Below, in pieces: positions 29,311 to 38,994 of a stretch of 64,000 nt of DNA. The stretch comes from Myxococcota bacterium. Lineage in GTDB: Bacteria > Myxococcota_A > UBA9160 > PR03. The notes beneath the pieces are model-generated. The model was not told the origin of the DNA, did no database searches, and worked only from the letters and a program-made list of their open reading frames with translations. The DNA lies in NCBI GenBank assembly GCA_041611735.1, contig JBFIML010000002.1, positions 1-64,000 of the forward strand, read 5' to 3'. Position numbers and translations under genes: made by a program. Within the stretch, counting starts at the first letter, position 1. Each line of letters starts with the position of its first letter.

Positions 29311-30420
29311 GTGAGCAAGACCTCCCGCGTGATCCGCAAGACCAGCGGCCACTTCCTGGAGGACTTTCGTCCCGGGCAGACGCTGCGCCACAAGGGCGGC
29401 AAGACGGTGACCCCGGGGCTGTTCACCACCTTCACCGAGTTCTCCATGACCACCAATCCCCTGGCCAAGAATGCGCGCTACGCCCGCGCCCACGGCTTCC
29501 GGGGCCTGGTGTGCCCGCCGGGACTCGTCATGCTCGTGGCCTTCAGCCAGACCGTGGAGGACGTCTCCGAGAACGCGCGCGCAAACCTCGAGTACATCGA
29601 CATGCGCTTCGGCGCCCCGCTGTACGTGGACGACACGATCGAGGTGGAGACCAGGGTGCTGGGCGTGCGCGCCTCGAGCAGCCGCCCCAATCTCGGCATC
29701 GTCCACGTGCAGTCCACGGCCCGCAAGAACGTGGGCGCTCCGGACGAGGCGGTGGTGCTCACCTGGCAGCGCAAGGTCCAGGTCTGGAAGAAGGACGAAT
29801 CCGCCGCCCTGCACGAGGGCCAGCTGGAGCCGGACCCGGTGGACTGCCCGCTCTGGCTGCCCGACTACGACCCCGGGCGGGACTACAAGGCCCTGGCCCA
29901 CCTCTCCAGCCGCGACAGCTACTTCGAGGACCTCGAACCGGGCACCCGCATCGAGCACTCGCGGGGCCGGACCGTGACCGACGAGCACATCCACCTGACC
30001 GCGGTGCTCGACAACACGAGCCAGGTGCACTGCAACCAGTTCATGATCGATCTCGACCCGAATCAGTACGTGGGCGGCAAGCTGATCGTCTTCGGGGGCA
30101 TCCCTTTCGTGCTGTGTCTCGGCCTCTCCTGCCCCGACGTGGGAGACAATGCGCTGGTGGACCGCATCTACACCACGGGGCGGCACACCGCCCCGCTCTT
30201 CGCGGGCGACACGGTCTTTGCCGCCACGGAGATCCGTGGCAGGCGCGATTACCCGGGCCGGCCGGACCTCGGCATCGTCGAGACGCAGCTCTTCGGCCAC
30301 AAGTTCGACCGGGCCGAGGCCAGCGAGGTCTTCGAGGACGCCCCGCCGGGCTGGAAGAAGGTCGGGATCTTCGAGCTGGACCGCGAGCTCGTGGTGAAGC
30401 GCCGCAGCCACTACGCCTAG
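29311..30420 (+). CDS. mch: Double-MaoC dehydratase, probable mesaconyl-CoA hydratase
   Basis: Two hot-dog repeats (GHFLEDF..TVEDVSENARANL; YFEDL..IEH..NTSQVH..IVFGG); near ccr and mcl; GAGGAGG RBS before GTG. Confidence 0.75.
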   Translation: MSKTSRVIRKTSGHFLEDFRPGQTLRHKGGKTVTPGLFTTFTEFSMTTNPLAKNARYARAHGFRGLVCPPGLVMLVAFSQTVEDVSENARANLEYIDMRFGAPLYVDDTIEVETRVLGVRASSSRPNLGIVHVQSTARKNVGAPDEAVVLTWQRKVQVWKKDESAALHEGQLEPDPVDCPLWLPDYDPGRDYKALAHLSSRDSYFEDLEPGTRIEHSRGRTVTDEHIHLTAVLDNTSQVHCNQFMIDLDPNQYVGGKLIVFGGIPFVLCLGLSCPDVGDNALVDRIYTTGRHTAPLFAGDTVFAATEIRGRRDYPGRPDLGIVETQLFGHKFDRAEASEVFEDAPPGWKKVGIFELDRELVVKRRSHYA

Positions 30421-31850
30421 GAACCGGGGGCGGGCGCCACGCCTTCCCGGGCATCCAGCTGGGCGCGGATGGCCGCATGGCGCTCCCGGGTCAGCTCGTA
30501 GCGACGGGCCAGGCCGACCCCGAGTGCCCCGAGCAGGAAGACACCCGGACCGGCCACGAGGGCGAGCCCGAGCACCGTCCCGGCCGGGACGTCCGCAGGC
30601 TCCGCCTGCACCGGGAACCGGATCCAGGTGAGCGCCATCCCGGCCAGCCAGCCGCCCACCCCCGCCGCCGCCTTGCCGGAGAAGGAGATGGCGCCGAAGA
30701 AGACGCCCTCCTGGCGGCGGCCGGTGGCGAGTTCGTGCTCGTCGGCCACGTCGGCCAGCATCGACCCGGCCGACACCATCGCCCCGGCCGCCCCCACGGA
30801 GGCCAGAAAGCTGAAGCCATACAGGATCGGGAGATAGAGCGGACTCGCAAGCGGGGGAAACAGCCCGACGAGCTTGAGCACCGGCCCCGTTCCCATGATG
30901 CCCACGTAGAGGGAGCAGCCCGTGAGGAAGGCCGTGCGCTTGTCCAGGCGGCGGCCGGGGCCGGACCAGAGCGGCGCGCCCACCAGGATGCCCAGCAGCG
31001 ACACGACCGTGAGGCGGAAGATGTGCGCCGTCTCCAGCTCCCAGAAGTAGGTGCCCATGTAGACGCCGGTGCCGTCCGCCAGACCGCGCGCCACCAGGAA
31101 GGCGAGCACCGCCACGAAGAAGGTGCGGAACGAGCGGTTGGCCAGGGCCGCGCGCATCTCGCCCACGACCCGTGACGAGGAGAAGGCCTCGGACCCGGTG
31201 GGCCGCGGGAGAAAGGGGATGCGCGAATGGGTGCCCACCGCCGAGACCAGGATCAGCAGCGTCATCATGGCGCCGAAGCAGAGCCCCAGGGCCGGATAGG
31301 CGGCGGGATTCAGCTGGCCGTTCGGGAACTCCGGCGTCGGCCGGAAGAAGACCTCACCCGCGGAGGCGAAGAAGACGGCGGCGCCGAGGAAGCCGAAGAA
31401 GATCCGGTAGGCCACCACCACGGTGCGCTCGGCATAGCCGCGGCTGAGCTCCGCCCCGAGCGCCAGGTGCGGCACGTGGTAGAGCGTCATGGCCGCCCGC
31501 GCCAGGACGGTCCCGACCAAGAGCCAGGCGAACAAGGCCGTCGGGCCCAGGTCGCGGGGCGGATGGAAGACCAGGGCGAAGCTGGCTCCCACGGGCAACG
31601 CGGCCGCGTACAGGAGCGGATGGCGCCGGCCCCAACGCGTGCGGAGCGAGTCCGAGATGGAGCCGATCACGGGGTCCGTCACCGCATCGAACAGCAGGGC
31701 CAGCAAGAGCGCGACGCCTGCCCAGGCGGCCGAGAGCCCCAGGACCTGGCTGTAGAAGAAGAGCAGGAAGACGGCGAACGCGGAGTTCTTGATGCCTTCG
31801 GCGGCCTGCCCCACCCCGTACGAGAGGCGCGTGGCGAGCCCCAGCTCCAT
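30417..31850 (-). CDS. MFS transporter, GPH (glycoside-pentoside-hexuronide) family
   Basis: DAVTDPVIGSISD..RTRWGRRHP, MLADVADEHE..GRRQEGVFFG; many hydrophobic helices. Confidence 0.88.
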   Translation of the reverse strand: MELGLATRLSYGVGQAAEGIKNSAFAVFLLFFYSQVLGLSAAWAGVALLLALLFDAVTDPVIGSISDSLRTRWGRRHPLLYAAALPVGASFALVFHPPRDLGPTALFAWLLVGTVLARAAMTLYHVPHLALGAELSRGYAERTVVVAYRIFFGFLGAAVFFASAGEVFFRPTPEFPNGQLNPAAYPALGLCFGAMMTLLILVSAVGTHSRIPFLPRPTGSEAFSSSRVVGEMRAALANRSFRTFFVAVLAFLVARGLADGTGVYMGTYFWELETAHIFRLTVVSLLGILVGAPLWSGPGRRLDKRTAFLTGCSLYVGIMGTGPVLKLVGLFPPLASPLYLPILYGFSFLASVGAAGAMVSAGSMLADVADEHELATGRRQEGVFFGAISFSGKAAAGVGGWLAGMALTWIRFPVQAEPADVPAGTVLGLALVAGPGVFLLGALGVGLARRYELTRERHAAIRAQLDAREGVAPAPGS

Positions 31851-31871
31851 GGCGCCCTGCGGGGCCTCGGC

Positions 31872-33212
31872 TCAGCTGCGGTAGAGCTGGATCTCGTCCA
31901 GGTGCCGCTCGCGCATCTCGGTGTCGAGGACGCCGAGCCCTTCGCGCTCCGCCAGACACAGGATCCCGATCTTTCCCTCGTGCTCGTTTCGGTGCACGGA
32001 GAGGGCCGCCCGTCCCGAGCCCTCCAGCGGGAAGGTCCGCGACAGGGTCGGATGGATCGAGCCCTTGCAGATCAGGCGGTTCGCCTCCCAGGCCTCCCGG
32101 TAGTTGGCGAAGTGCGAGCCCACGATCCGCTTGAGGCTCATCCACAGGTAGCGGTTGTCGTAGACGTGCTCGTAGCCCGTGGTGGAGGCGCAGGTCACGA
32201 CGAGGCCCCCCTTGCGCGCGACGAAGACGCTCGTCGCGAAGGTCTGGCGCCCCGGGTGCTCGTAGACGATGTCCGGGTCCTCGCCGCCGGTCAGCTCGCG
32301 GATGCGGGCCCCGAAGCGGCGCATCTCCTTCATGTTCATCCTGTCGCCGTCCCAGAACCGGTAGTCGTCGGCCTTGCGGTCGATCACCCGTTCGCAGCCG
32401 AGACGCCGGACGATGTCCACACGCTTCGGGCTCGAGACCACGCCCACCGGGAAGGCTCCCCCGTTGAGGGCGTACTGGGTGGCGTAGCCGCCGAGGCCCC
32501 CCGACGCGCCCCAGATCAGCACCACGTCGCCCTGCTTCATGGCGGCGCCGTTCCGGGAGACGAGCTGCCGGTAGGCGGTCGAGTTCACCAGGCCGTTGCA
32601 GGCCGACTCCTCCCAGGTCAGGTGCTCGGGCTTCGGCATGAGCTGGTTGGCCTTGACCAGCGCGATGTCCGCCATGCCGCCGAAGTTGGTCTCGAAGCCC
32701 CAGATCAGCTGGTAGGGATCGAGCATGGCGTCGCCGTAGCCGTCGGGCTCCTGCATCTCCACGTCGGCGCAATGGATCACCACCCGGTCGCCGGGCTTCC
32801 ACTTGGTGACGCCGGGACCCGTGCGCAGCACGACCCCGGAGGCGTCGCTCCCCTGGATGTGGTAGGGCAGGTCGTGGCGCTCCCAGAGCTCGCCGCGCCG
32901 GGCGTTGCGCTCCAGAAAGACGAACGTGGGCAGCGGCTCGAAGATCGACGTCCACACCGTGTTGAAGTTGATGGCGGAGGCCATGACGGCCACCAGCGCC
33001 TCGTTGGGCCCGAGCTCCGGGACCGGGACCTCGTCCACGTGCAGGGACTTGGTCGGGTCCTTCTCGGCGGAGGGCATGCCCTCGAACATGGCCGCCTCGT
33101 CCTTGTGGGTCGTGACGGCCCGCATGGTCTTCGGGAGCGGGATTCCCAGGATCTCGTCGGCGCCGGCGCGGGCCTCGATGGCCTGGACGATGGGCTTCAT
33201 GCGAGCAGACAT
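31872..33212 (-). CDS. ccr: Crotonyl-CoA carboxylase/reductase
   Basis: ASAINFNTVW, IWGFETNFGG, WGASGGLG, DNRYLWMSLKRIVGSHFAN; the Asn/Phe/Glu/His CO2-binding set is present. Confidence 0.95.
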   Translation of the reverse strand: MSARMKPIVQAIEARAGADEILGIPLPKTMRAVTTHKDEAAMFEGMPSAEKDPTKSLHVDEVPVPELGPNEALVAVMASAINFNTVWTSIFEPLPTFVFLERNARRGELWERHDLPYHIQGSDASGVVLRTGPGVTKWKPGDRVVIHCADVEMQEPDGYGDAMLDPYQLIWGFETNFGGMADIALVKANQLMPKPEHLTWEESACNGLVNSTAYRQLVSRNGAAMKQGDVVLIWGASGGLGGYATQYALNGGAFPVGVVSSPKRVDIVRRLGCERVIDRKADDYRFWDGDRMNMKEMRRFGARIRELTGGEDPDIVYEHPGRQTFATSVFVARKGGLVVTCASTTGYEHVYDNRYLWMSLKRIVGSHFANYREAWEANRLICKGSIHPTLSRTFPLEGSGRAALSVHRNEHEGKIGILCLAEREGLGVLDTEMRERHLDEIQLYRS

Positions 33213-33301
33213 GCGGGGACCTCCCTGACGCGGCCGGGACGGACGTTGGGCCGCTAGGGTACCCGCGTCCCCCGGCGCTCGCGAGAGGCTACGCTCCGCT
33301 C

Positions 33302-34099
33302 GTGCACCGACCTCTGGAGCTGCACCGCAGCGCCTTCCCGGGACGGCCGGCCTTCGACACGGCGGTCTCGCGGGCGCTGTTGTGGCGGGTGGCCGACGGC
33401 TCGCTGGCCGAGAGTCTGCGCCTGTATCGCCCGGACGACGTCCTGGCGTTCTCCGTGCAGGACCGCACGCGTCCCGGCTTCGCCCGGGCGGTGGAGGCCG
33501 CCCGCGCCCGGGGCTTCGCGCCGGTCCTGCGCCTGGCGGGCGGGCGGGCGGCCGTCTTTCACTCCGGGACCCTGGCCTTCGCCTGGAGCGCTCCGATCCG
33601 GGACGCCCGCCTCGGCATCCGGGAGCGCTTCGAGAGCATGGCGACCCTCGCCGCCGACGCGCTCCGGCGTCTCGGCGTGGACGCCCGGGTGGGGGAGGTG
33701 GCGGGCGAGTACTGCCCGGGCGCCTGGAGCGTGAATGCGCGGGGGCTCACGAAGCTTGTCGGTGTGGGCCAACGGCTGGTGCGCGGTGCGGCCCACGTCG
33801 GGGGCGTGGTGGTGGTGCGCGGGCACGAGCGGGTGCGCGCGGTGCTCGAGCCGGTCTACCGGGAGCTCGGCTTCGAGTTCGATCCCCGCACGGTCGGCAG
33901 CGTGGAGGCCGAGGTCGGCGACGTCACCCCCGAACACGTGACCGAGGCGCTGTTGGCGGAGTTCCGGCGCCGGACGACGGGCATCGTCGAAGCCGAGCTC
34001 GACGCCGAGACCCTCGCCCTCGCCGCGCGCCTCGAGGCGCAGCATCGGGCCACCGCTGCGCCGCCCGGCGTGCTTGCCCGCCTGCCGGAAACCGGTTAG
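33302..34099 (+). CDS. Lipoate-protein ligase/octanoyltransferase family (catalytic domain only)
   Basis: LRLAGGRAAVFH, GEYCPGAWSV, KLVGVGQR. Confidence 0.82.
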   Translation: MHRPLELHRSAFPGRPAFDTAVSRALLWRVADGSLAESLRLYRPDDVLAFSVQDRTRPGFARAVEAARARGFAPVLRLAGGRAAVFHSGTLAFAWSAPIRDARLGIRERFESMATLAADALRRLGVDARVGEVAGEYCPGAWSVNARGLTKLVGVGQRLVRGAAHVGGVVVVRGHERVRAVLEPVYRELGFEFDPRTVGSVEAEVGDVTPEHVTEALLAEFRRRTTGIVEAELDAETLALAARLEAQHRATAAPPGVLARLPETG

Positions 34100-34155
34100 C
34101 GTTCGCGGGTCTTCGCGCCGCCGCCCGCGCGCGCGGCCGCCCTGGGAAAGGGTCC

Positions 34156-35355
34156 ATGCGTTTCTACGAGTACGAATCGAAGGCGCTCTTCGACCGCCAC
34201 GGGCTTCCGCTCGGAAAGCGTGGCGTGGCCCGCACGCCGGAAGAGGCGCGCCGCATCGCCGCCAACCTCGGCGGCCCCGTGGTGCTCAAGAGTCAGGTGC
34301 TCTCCGGCGGGCGCATGAAGGCCGGCGCCGTGAAGTTCGCCGACACGCCCGACCAGGCCGCCCGTTGCTTCGACCAGATCCTGCCCATCCTCGTGAACGG
34401 GCAGAAGGCGCGCGCGGTGCTGGTCGAGCAGAAGAGCCCGGTGGCCCAGGAGTACTATGCGGGAGTCACGTGGGACGCGCGCGCCAAGCGCCCCGTCATC
34501 GTGTTCAGCGACATGGGCGGCATCGACGTGGAGGAGGTGGCCGAGAAGCACCCCCAACACGTTTCCAAGACCCACCTGTCCACGATCCTGCCCTTCACGC
34601 CGCGCGTGGCCAAGGAGGCCGTCGCGGCCACGGGGGTGACCGGCAACGAACTCAACCGGCTGACGCCGATCGTCGCCACGCTCGTCGAGATCTTCCTGCG
34701 CTACGACCTGACCCTCGCCGAGATCAACCCGCTTGCGCGTCTCGAGGACGGGCGCTTCGTGGTTCTCGACGGCCACGTGGACATGGAGGCGGAGGCGCGC
34801 GACAAGCACGCGAAGCTGCTCGAGGAGCTCGGCATCCGTCCCGAGGAGACCCGCCAGGCCCGGCCGCCCACGGAGTTCGAGATCCGCGGCGCGCAGGTGG
34901 ACCGCGTAGACCCCCGCGGCGTGGCGGGCAACGTGGTGGAGTTCGACGGGAACCTCGGCCTCGTGATCGGGGCCGGGGGGGGCTCCCTGACCCTCTTCGA
35001 TGCGGTGCGCAAGCACGGCGGGAAGCCTGCCAACTACTGCGAGATCGGCGGGAACCCGAGCGTCAAGAAGGCCTGTGAGCTCACCAAGCTGATCCTCTCC
35101 AAGCCGGGCGTGGAGAAGATCGCGGTGATGATGAACGTCGTGTCCAACACCCGCGTCGACATCGTGGCCCGCGGAGTGATCAAGGGCTGCGTGGAGTCCG
35201 GAAGGCACCCGAAGGACGTGATCGCCATCTTCCGCATCCCCGGCTCCTGGGAGGAGGAGGGCTCCAAGATCCTGCGCAAGTACGGCGTCGAGTATTGCGA
35301 CCGCAGCGTCTCCATGTACGACGCAGCGGGCCGCGCCGTCGCGAAGATGGGCTGA
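34156..35355 (+). CDS. Divergent succinate/malate-CoA ligase beta subunit (ATP-grasp)
   Basis: MRFYEYESK, VLKSQVLSGGRMKAGAV, GGIDVEEVA, AEINPL, ANYCEIGG; GAGGGSLTLFD replaces the canonical SucC GAGLAMATMD. Confidence 0.85.
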   Translation: MRFYEYESKALFDRHGLPLGKRGVARTPEEARRIAANLGGPVVLKSQVLSGGRMKAGAVKFADTPDQAARCFDQILPILVNGQKARAVLVEQKSPVAQEYYAGVTWDARAKRPVIVFSDMGGIDVEEVAEKHPQHVSKTHLSTILPFTPRVAKEAVAATGVTGNELNRLTPIVATLVEIFLRYDLTLAEINPLARLEDGRFVVLDGHVDMEAEARDKHAKLLEELGIRPEETRQARPPTEFEIRGAQVDRVDPRGVAGNVVEFDGNLGLVIGAGGGSLTLFDAVRKHGGKPANYCEIGGNPSVKKACELTKLILSKPGVEKIAVMMNVVSNTRVDIVARGVIKGCVESGRHPKDVIAIFRIPGSWEEEGSKILRKYGVEYCDRSVSMYDAAGRAVAKMG

Positions 35356-35380
35356 GGCGAGCCGGGGCACGAAGCAAGCC

Positions 35381-36286
35381 ATGTCGATCCTCATTCACAA
35401 GGACACGACCTTCATCGTCCAGGGCATCACCGGCCGCGAGGCCGTGAACCTGACCCGCGAGAATCTGGCCTACGGCGCCAGGATCGTGGGTGGCGTCACC
35501 CCGGGGCGGGCCGGTCGCGAGGTCTACGGCGTGCCGGTCCACGATTGCGTGCGCGACATCACGTCGCAGCGGAAGGTGGATGGCGCGGTGGTGAGCGTCC
35601 CGCCGAAATTCACGCGCGACGCGGTGTTCGAAGCGCTCGAGAACGGGATCCAGCTGATCGTGATCGTGACCGAGCGCATCCCGCGCCAGGAAGTGGCTCA
35701 GATGGTGGAGCTCGCGAAGCTGCGTGGCGCCCGCATCATCGGGCCGAACTGCCTCGGCATCATCTCCCCGGGCGAGGCGAAGATGGGCGGGATCGGTGGG
35801 CCGGCCGAGGACACCCGCAAGGCGTACAGCCAGGGCCCGGTGGGCGTCATGTCGCGCTCCGGCGGCATGACCACGGAGATCGCCAACACGTTGACCGCCG
35901 CCGGCCTCGGGCAATCCACTGCGGTGTCGATCGGCGGCGACGCCGTCATCGGCTCCACCTATGCGGAGCTCATGCCGCTCTTCGAGGCGGACAGCGAAAC
36001 CCAGGCGATCGCAATCTACTCCGAGCCAGGGGGGCGCATGGAGGCGGAGCTGGCCGAGTGGGTGCAGGAGAACCGGTCGCGGCTCCCGATCGTGGCCTTC
36101 ATGGCCGGCCGCTTCATGGACGAGATGCCGGGGATGCGCTTCGGACACGCCGGCACCATCGTAGAAGGCAAGGCGGATACCACCGCCGAGAAGATCGCCC
36201 GGCTGCACAAGGCTGGCATCGCCGTCGCGGAGCGCATCGAGGAGATCCCGGCGCTCATCCGCGAGCGGCTCGGAGAGGCGCACTAG
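35381..36286 (+). CDS. Succinate/malate-CoA ligase alpha subunit
   Basis: VQGITG, IIGPNCLGIISPG, SRSGGMTTE, SIGGD, RFGHAG (phospho-His). Confidence 0.9.
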   Translation: MSILIHKDTTFIVQGITGREAVNLTRENLAYGARIVGGVTPGRAGREVYGVPVHDCVRDITSQRKVDGAVVSVPPKFTRDAVFEALENGIQLIVIVTERIPRQEVAQMVELAKLRGARIIGPNCLGIISPGEAKMGGIGGPAEDTRKAYSQGPVGVMSRSGGMTTEIANTLTAAGLGQSTAVSIGGDAVIGSTYAELMPLFEADSETQAIAIYSEPGGRMEAELAEWVQENRSRLPIVAFMAGRFMDEMPGMRFGHAGTIVEGKADTTAEKIARLHKAGIAVAERIEEIPALIRERLGEAH

Positions 36287-36290
36287 TCCC

Positions 36291-36515
36291 ATGCCCGGCA
36301 TGTTCATCGACGTCCGCGTGGATCCCCGGGTCGCCAAGGACCCGGCCGTGGCCCGGAAGCTCACGGAGGTGTGCCCGGTGGCCATCTTCGCCCAGCGCGA
36401 GGATGGCTCGCTGCGCGTCGTCGAGGAGAACCTCGACGAATGCGTGTTGTGCGACCTCTGCACCGAGGCCGCCCCCTCCGGCAGCGTCCGGATCGTCAGA
36501 CTGTACGAGGAGTAG
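36291..36515 (+). CDS. Small 4Fe-4S ferredoxin
   Basis: EVCP plus CVLCDLC; fills the gap between ligase alpha and lyase. Confidence 0.82.
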   Translation: MPGMFIDVRVDPRVAKDPAVARKLTEVCPVAIFAQREDGSLRVVEENLDECVLCDLCTEAAPSGSVRIVRLYEE

Positions 36516-36520
36516 ACGCC

Positions 36521-37597
36521 ATGCGTCCCGCCAAGGATTTCTTCCGGCCCCTGGCCATCGGCGCGCCCGAGCCGGTCCGCGAGATTCCCGTCCGGCCCTC
36601 GCGGATGATCCACTTCTTCGACCCGAGCAACCCGAAGATGGCGGCCAAGGTCCCGGAGCTGGCGCCCCGCTGCGACGTGCTGCTCGGGAACCTGGAAGAC
36701 GCCATCCAGGCCGACCGCAAGGTGGAGGCCCGCGAAGGGCTGATCAAGATCGCCCGCAACACCGAGTTCGGCGATTGCCAGCTCTGGACGCGGGTGAACA
36801 GCCTGGACAGCCCCTGGGCCCACGACGACCTGGTCCGGCTCGTCACCGAGATCGGGGACAAGCTCGAGGTGATCATGATCCCCAAGGTGGAGGGTCCCTG
36901 GGACATCCACTACGTGGACCGGATCGTGGCCCAGCTCGAAGCCAAGGCGGGGCTGCGTCGGCCGCTGCTGCTGCACGCCATCCTCGAGACGCACCTGGGC
37001 GTGGTCAACGTGGAAGCCATCTGCGGGGCGAGCCCCCGCATGCAGGGCCTCTCCTTCGGACCGGCGGACCTGGCCGCTTCGCGGCGCATGAAGACCACGC
37101 GCGTGGGGGGCGGGCATCCCGGCTATCTGGTGCGCACGGATCCGGACCCCGAGAACCCCGACGCAGCGCGCATCACCGCCCAGCAGGATCCCTGGCACTA
37201 CACGCTGGCCCGCATGGTGGACGCCTGCACCGCCCACGGCTGCCTGCCCTACTACGGGCCCTTCGGCGACATCCGGGACACCCTCGCCTGCCAGGACCAG
37301 TTCCGCGCCGCCTTCCTGCTCGGCTGCGTGGGAGCCTGGTCGCTGCACCCGGCCCAGATCGAGATCGCCCGCAAGGTGTTCAGCCCGCCGGTGGAGGAGG
37401 TGCTGTGGGCGAAGCGCGTGATCGCGGAGATGGGCGAGGGCAGCGGCGTCGTGATGATCGACGGGAAGATGCAGGACGACGCCACCTACAAGCAGTGCAA
37501 GGTGATGGTGAACTACGCCAAGCTCATCGCCCGCAAGGACCCGGAGCTGGCCGAGCAGTACGGCTTCTCCGCCCAGGACCTGGCGGACCGAAGCTAG
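36521..37597 (+). CDS. mcl: Malyl-CoA/beta-methylmalyl-CoA lyase, Chloroflexus type
   Basis: [60 protein letters not shown] match remembered C. aurantiacus Mcl motifs. Confidence 0.9.
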   Translation: MRPAKDFFRPLAIGAPEPVREIPVRPSRMIHFFDPSNPKMAAKVPELAPRCDVLLGNLEDAIQADRKVEAREGLIKIARNTEFGDCQLWTRVNSLDSPWAHDDLVRLVTEIGDKLEVIMIPKVEGPWDIHYVDRIVAQLEAKAGLRRPLLLHAILETHLGVVNVEAICGASPRMQGLSFGPADLAASRRMKTTRVGGGHPGYLVRTDPDPENPDAARITAQQDPWHYTLARMVDACTAHGCLPYYGPFGDIRDTLACQDQFRAAFLLGCVGAWSLHPAQIEIARKVFSPPVEEVLWAKRVIAEMGEGSGVVMIDGKMQDDATYKQCKVMVNYAKLIARKDPELAEQYGFSAQDLADRS

Positions 37598-37648
37598 GCG
37601 GCCGCGCCGCGTGCCCTGGGGACGCGGGGTCTCGGCCTCCTCCTCGCA

Positions 37649-38605
37649 CTAGGAGGAGAGCTCGAGCATGCGCTCGAGGGGCCGCAGCGCCCGCACCCGG
37701 ATCGCCTCGGGCACGGTGACCTCGGGCGCCAGGTCCCGCAGGCAGAGGTAGAGCTTCTCGAGGGTGTTGAGCCGCATGTAGGGACAACGGTTGCAGGCGC
37801 AGCTCTCGTCCAACCCTGGCGCCTGGATCAGCGTCTTCTTCGGCACGCGCTTCTGGATCTGGTGGAAGACGCCGTCCTCGGTGGCGATGATGAGCGTCTG
37901 GGCCGGCGAGGCCACGGCCCGCTCGATGATCCCCTTGGTGGAGCCGATGAAATCGGCCTGGTCCAGCACCGCCTCGTCGCATTCGGGGTGGGCGAGCACC
38001 TCCGCGTCCGGGTGCTTGACGCGAAGCTGGGTCAGGGCCTTCGCGTTGAACTGCTCGTGCACGATGCAGGTCCCGGGCCAGATGATGAGGTCCGGACGCT
38101 TGGCCTGCTTCGCCACCCAGCGCCCGAGATGACGATCCGGCGCGAAGATCACCGGTCGGTCGGCGAAGTGGGACACGATCTCCGCCGCGTTCGACGAGGT
38201 GCAGATCACGTCGGAGAGCGCCTTCACCTCGGCGGAGGTGTTGATGTAGCTCACCACCACGGCACCCGGGTGCTCGTCGATGAACTTCTGGAAATCCCCG
38301 GCCGGACACCCGTCGGCCAGGGAGCAGCCCGCCTCCAGGTCCGGCACCACCACCGTCCGCTCCGGGTTCAGGATCTTCGCGGTCTCGGCCATGAAGTGGA
38401 CCCCGCAGAAGGCGATCACGTCGCGCTCCACCTTCTGGGCCGTGCGCGCGAGCGCGAGCGAGTCGCCCACCACGTCCGCCAGGTCCTGGACCTCGGACTC
38501 CTGGTAGTAGTGGGCCAGCAGGATCGCGTTGCGCTCCTCCTTCAGCTGGAGGATCGCCTCCTCGAGATCCGCCGGGAACGTCTGGCGGAGCGGTGCGGCC
38601 GTCAT
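37649..38605 (-). CDS. nadA: Quinolinate synthase
   Basis: LAHYYQ, FCGVHFMAETAKIL, AGCSLA, ICTSSNA, AHPEC, CPYMRLNTL. Confidence 0.96.
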   Translation of the reverse strand: MTAAPLRQTFPADLEEAILQLKEERNAILLAHYYQESEVQDLADVVGDSLALARTAQKVERDVIAFCGVHFMAETAKILNPERTVVVPDLEAGCSLADGCPAGDFQKFIDEHPGAVVVSYINTSAEVKALSDVICTSSNAAEIVSHFADRPVIFAPDRHLGRWVAKQAKRPDLIIWPGTCIVHEQFNAKALTQLRVKHPDAEVLAHPECDEAVLDQADFIGSTKGIIERAVASPAQTLIIATEDGVFHQIQKRVPKKTLIQAPGLDESCACNRCPYMRLNTLEKLYLCLRDLAPEVTVPEAIRVRALRPLERMLELSS

Positions 38606-38723
38606 CGCCTGGCCGGTGCAACCTCCTGCGCTTGGAGAAAAAAGAATAAGCATGAGGACTTGGAAGACAAGGGCAGGCTCGGGCCCCGGACCCCGGCGCT
38701 GTAGAGCCGCTCCCGGCCCGGAG

Positions 38724-38739
38724 GGGAAAACCCTTTCCC
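38724..38739. promoter_or_regulatory. Inverted repeat, candidate enhancer (UAS) for a sigma-54 activator
   Basis: GGGAAA-ACCC-TTTCCC about 120 bp upstream of the -24 element. Confidence 0.35.
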
Positions 38740-38805
38740 AATCGGCGGAATGGCCGTTCCGAGACGTCGCGTTTCCCAGGCCGCCGGGAGGCGACCGCGA
38801 GGAGC

Positions 38806-38818
38806 CAAGCTGCTGATT
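38806..38818 (-). promoter_or_regulatory. Candidate IHF binding site
   Basis: AATCAG-CAGC-TTG fits WATCAR-N4-TTR and lies between candidate UAS and sigma-54 site. Confidence 0.55.
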
Positions 38819-38856
38819 TCCAAGGGCTTCAGGAAATCGAGGCGCACTGAGCAGGC

Positions 38857-38872
38857 TGGAACGGGAGTTGCA
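38857..38872 (+). promoter_or_regulatory. sigma-54 (-24/-12) promoter
   Basis: TGGAAC-GGGAG-TTGCA upstream of PEP-CTERM genes; a weaker GG-N10-GC at 38891-38904. Confidence 0.68.
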
Positions 38873-38994
38873 TCGGGTTTGCCACGGGAAGGGATGCGCC
38901 TTGCATCTCGAGGGCCGGTCCGCCCCTTCCCAGGGTGAACCGGCGCCTTGTTCGGATGGCGGCCAGAGGAAGCAGCGGCCGGAGGAAGCAGCCG

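Noticed and set aside
29311-37597. Autotrophic 3-hydroxypropionate bicycle or serine cycle
   Set aside because: No malonyl-CoA reductase, propionyl-CoA synthase, mesaconyl-CoA transferase or serine-cycle genes in the window; ccr plus ecm point to the ethylmalonyl-CoA pathway
38966-38992. Direct repeat GAGGAAGCAGC x2 in the PEP-CTERM leader
   Set aside because: Only two short copies overlapping the RBS; could be a chance duplication
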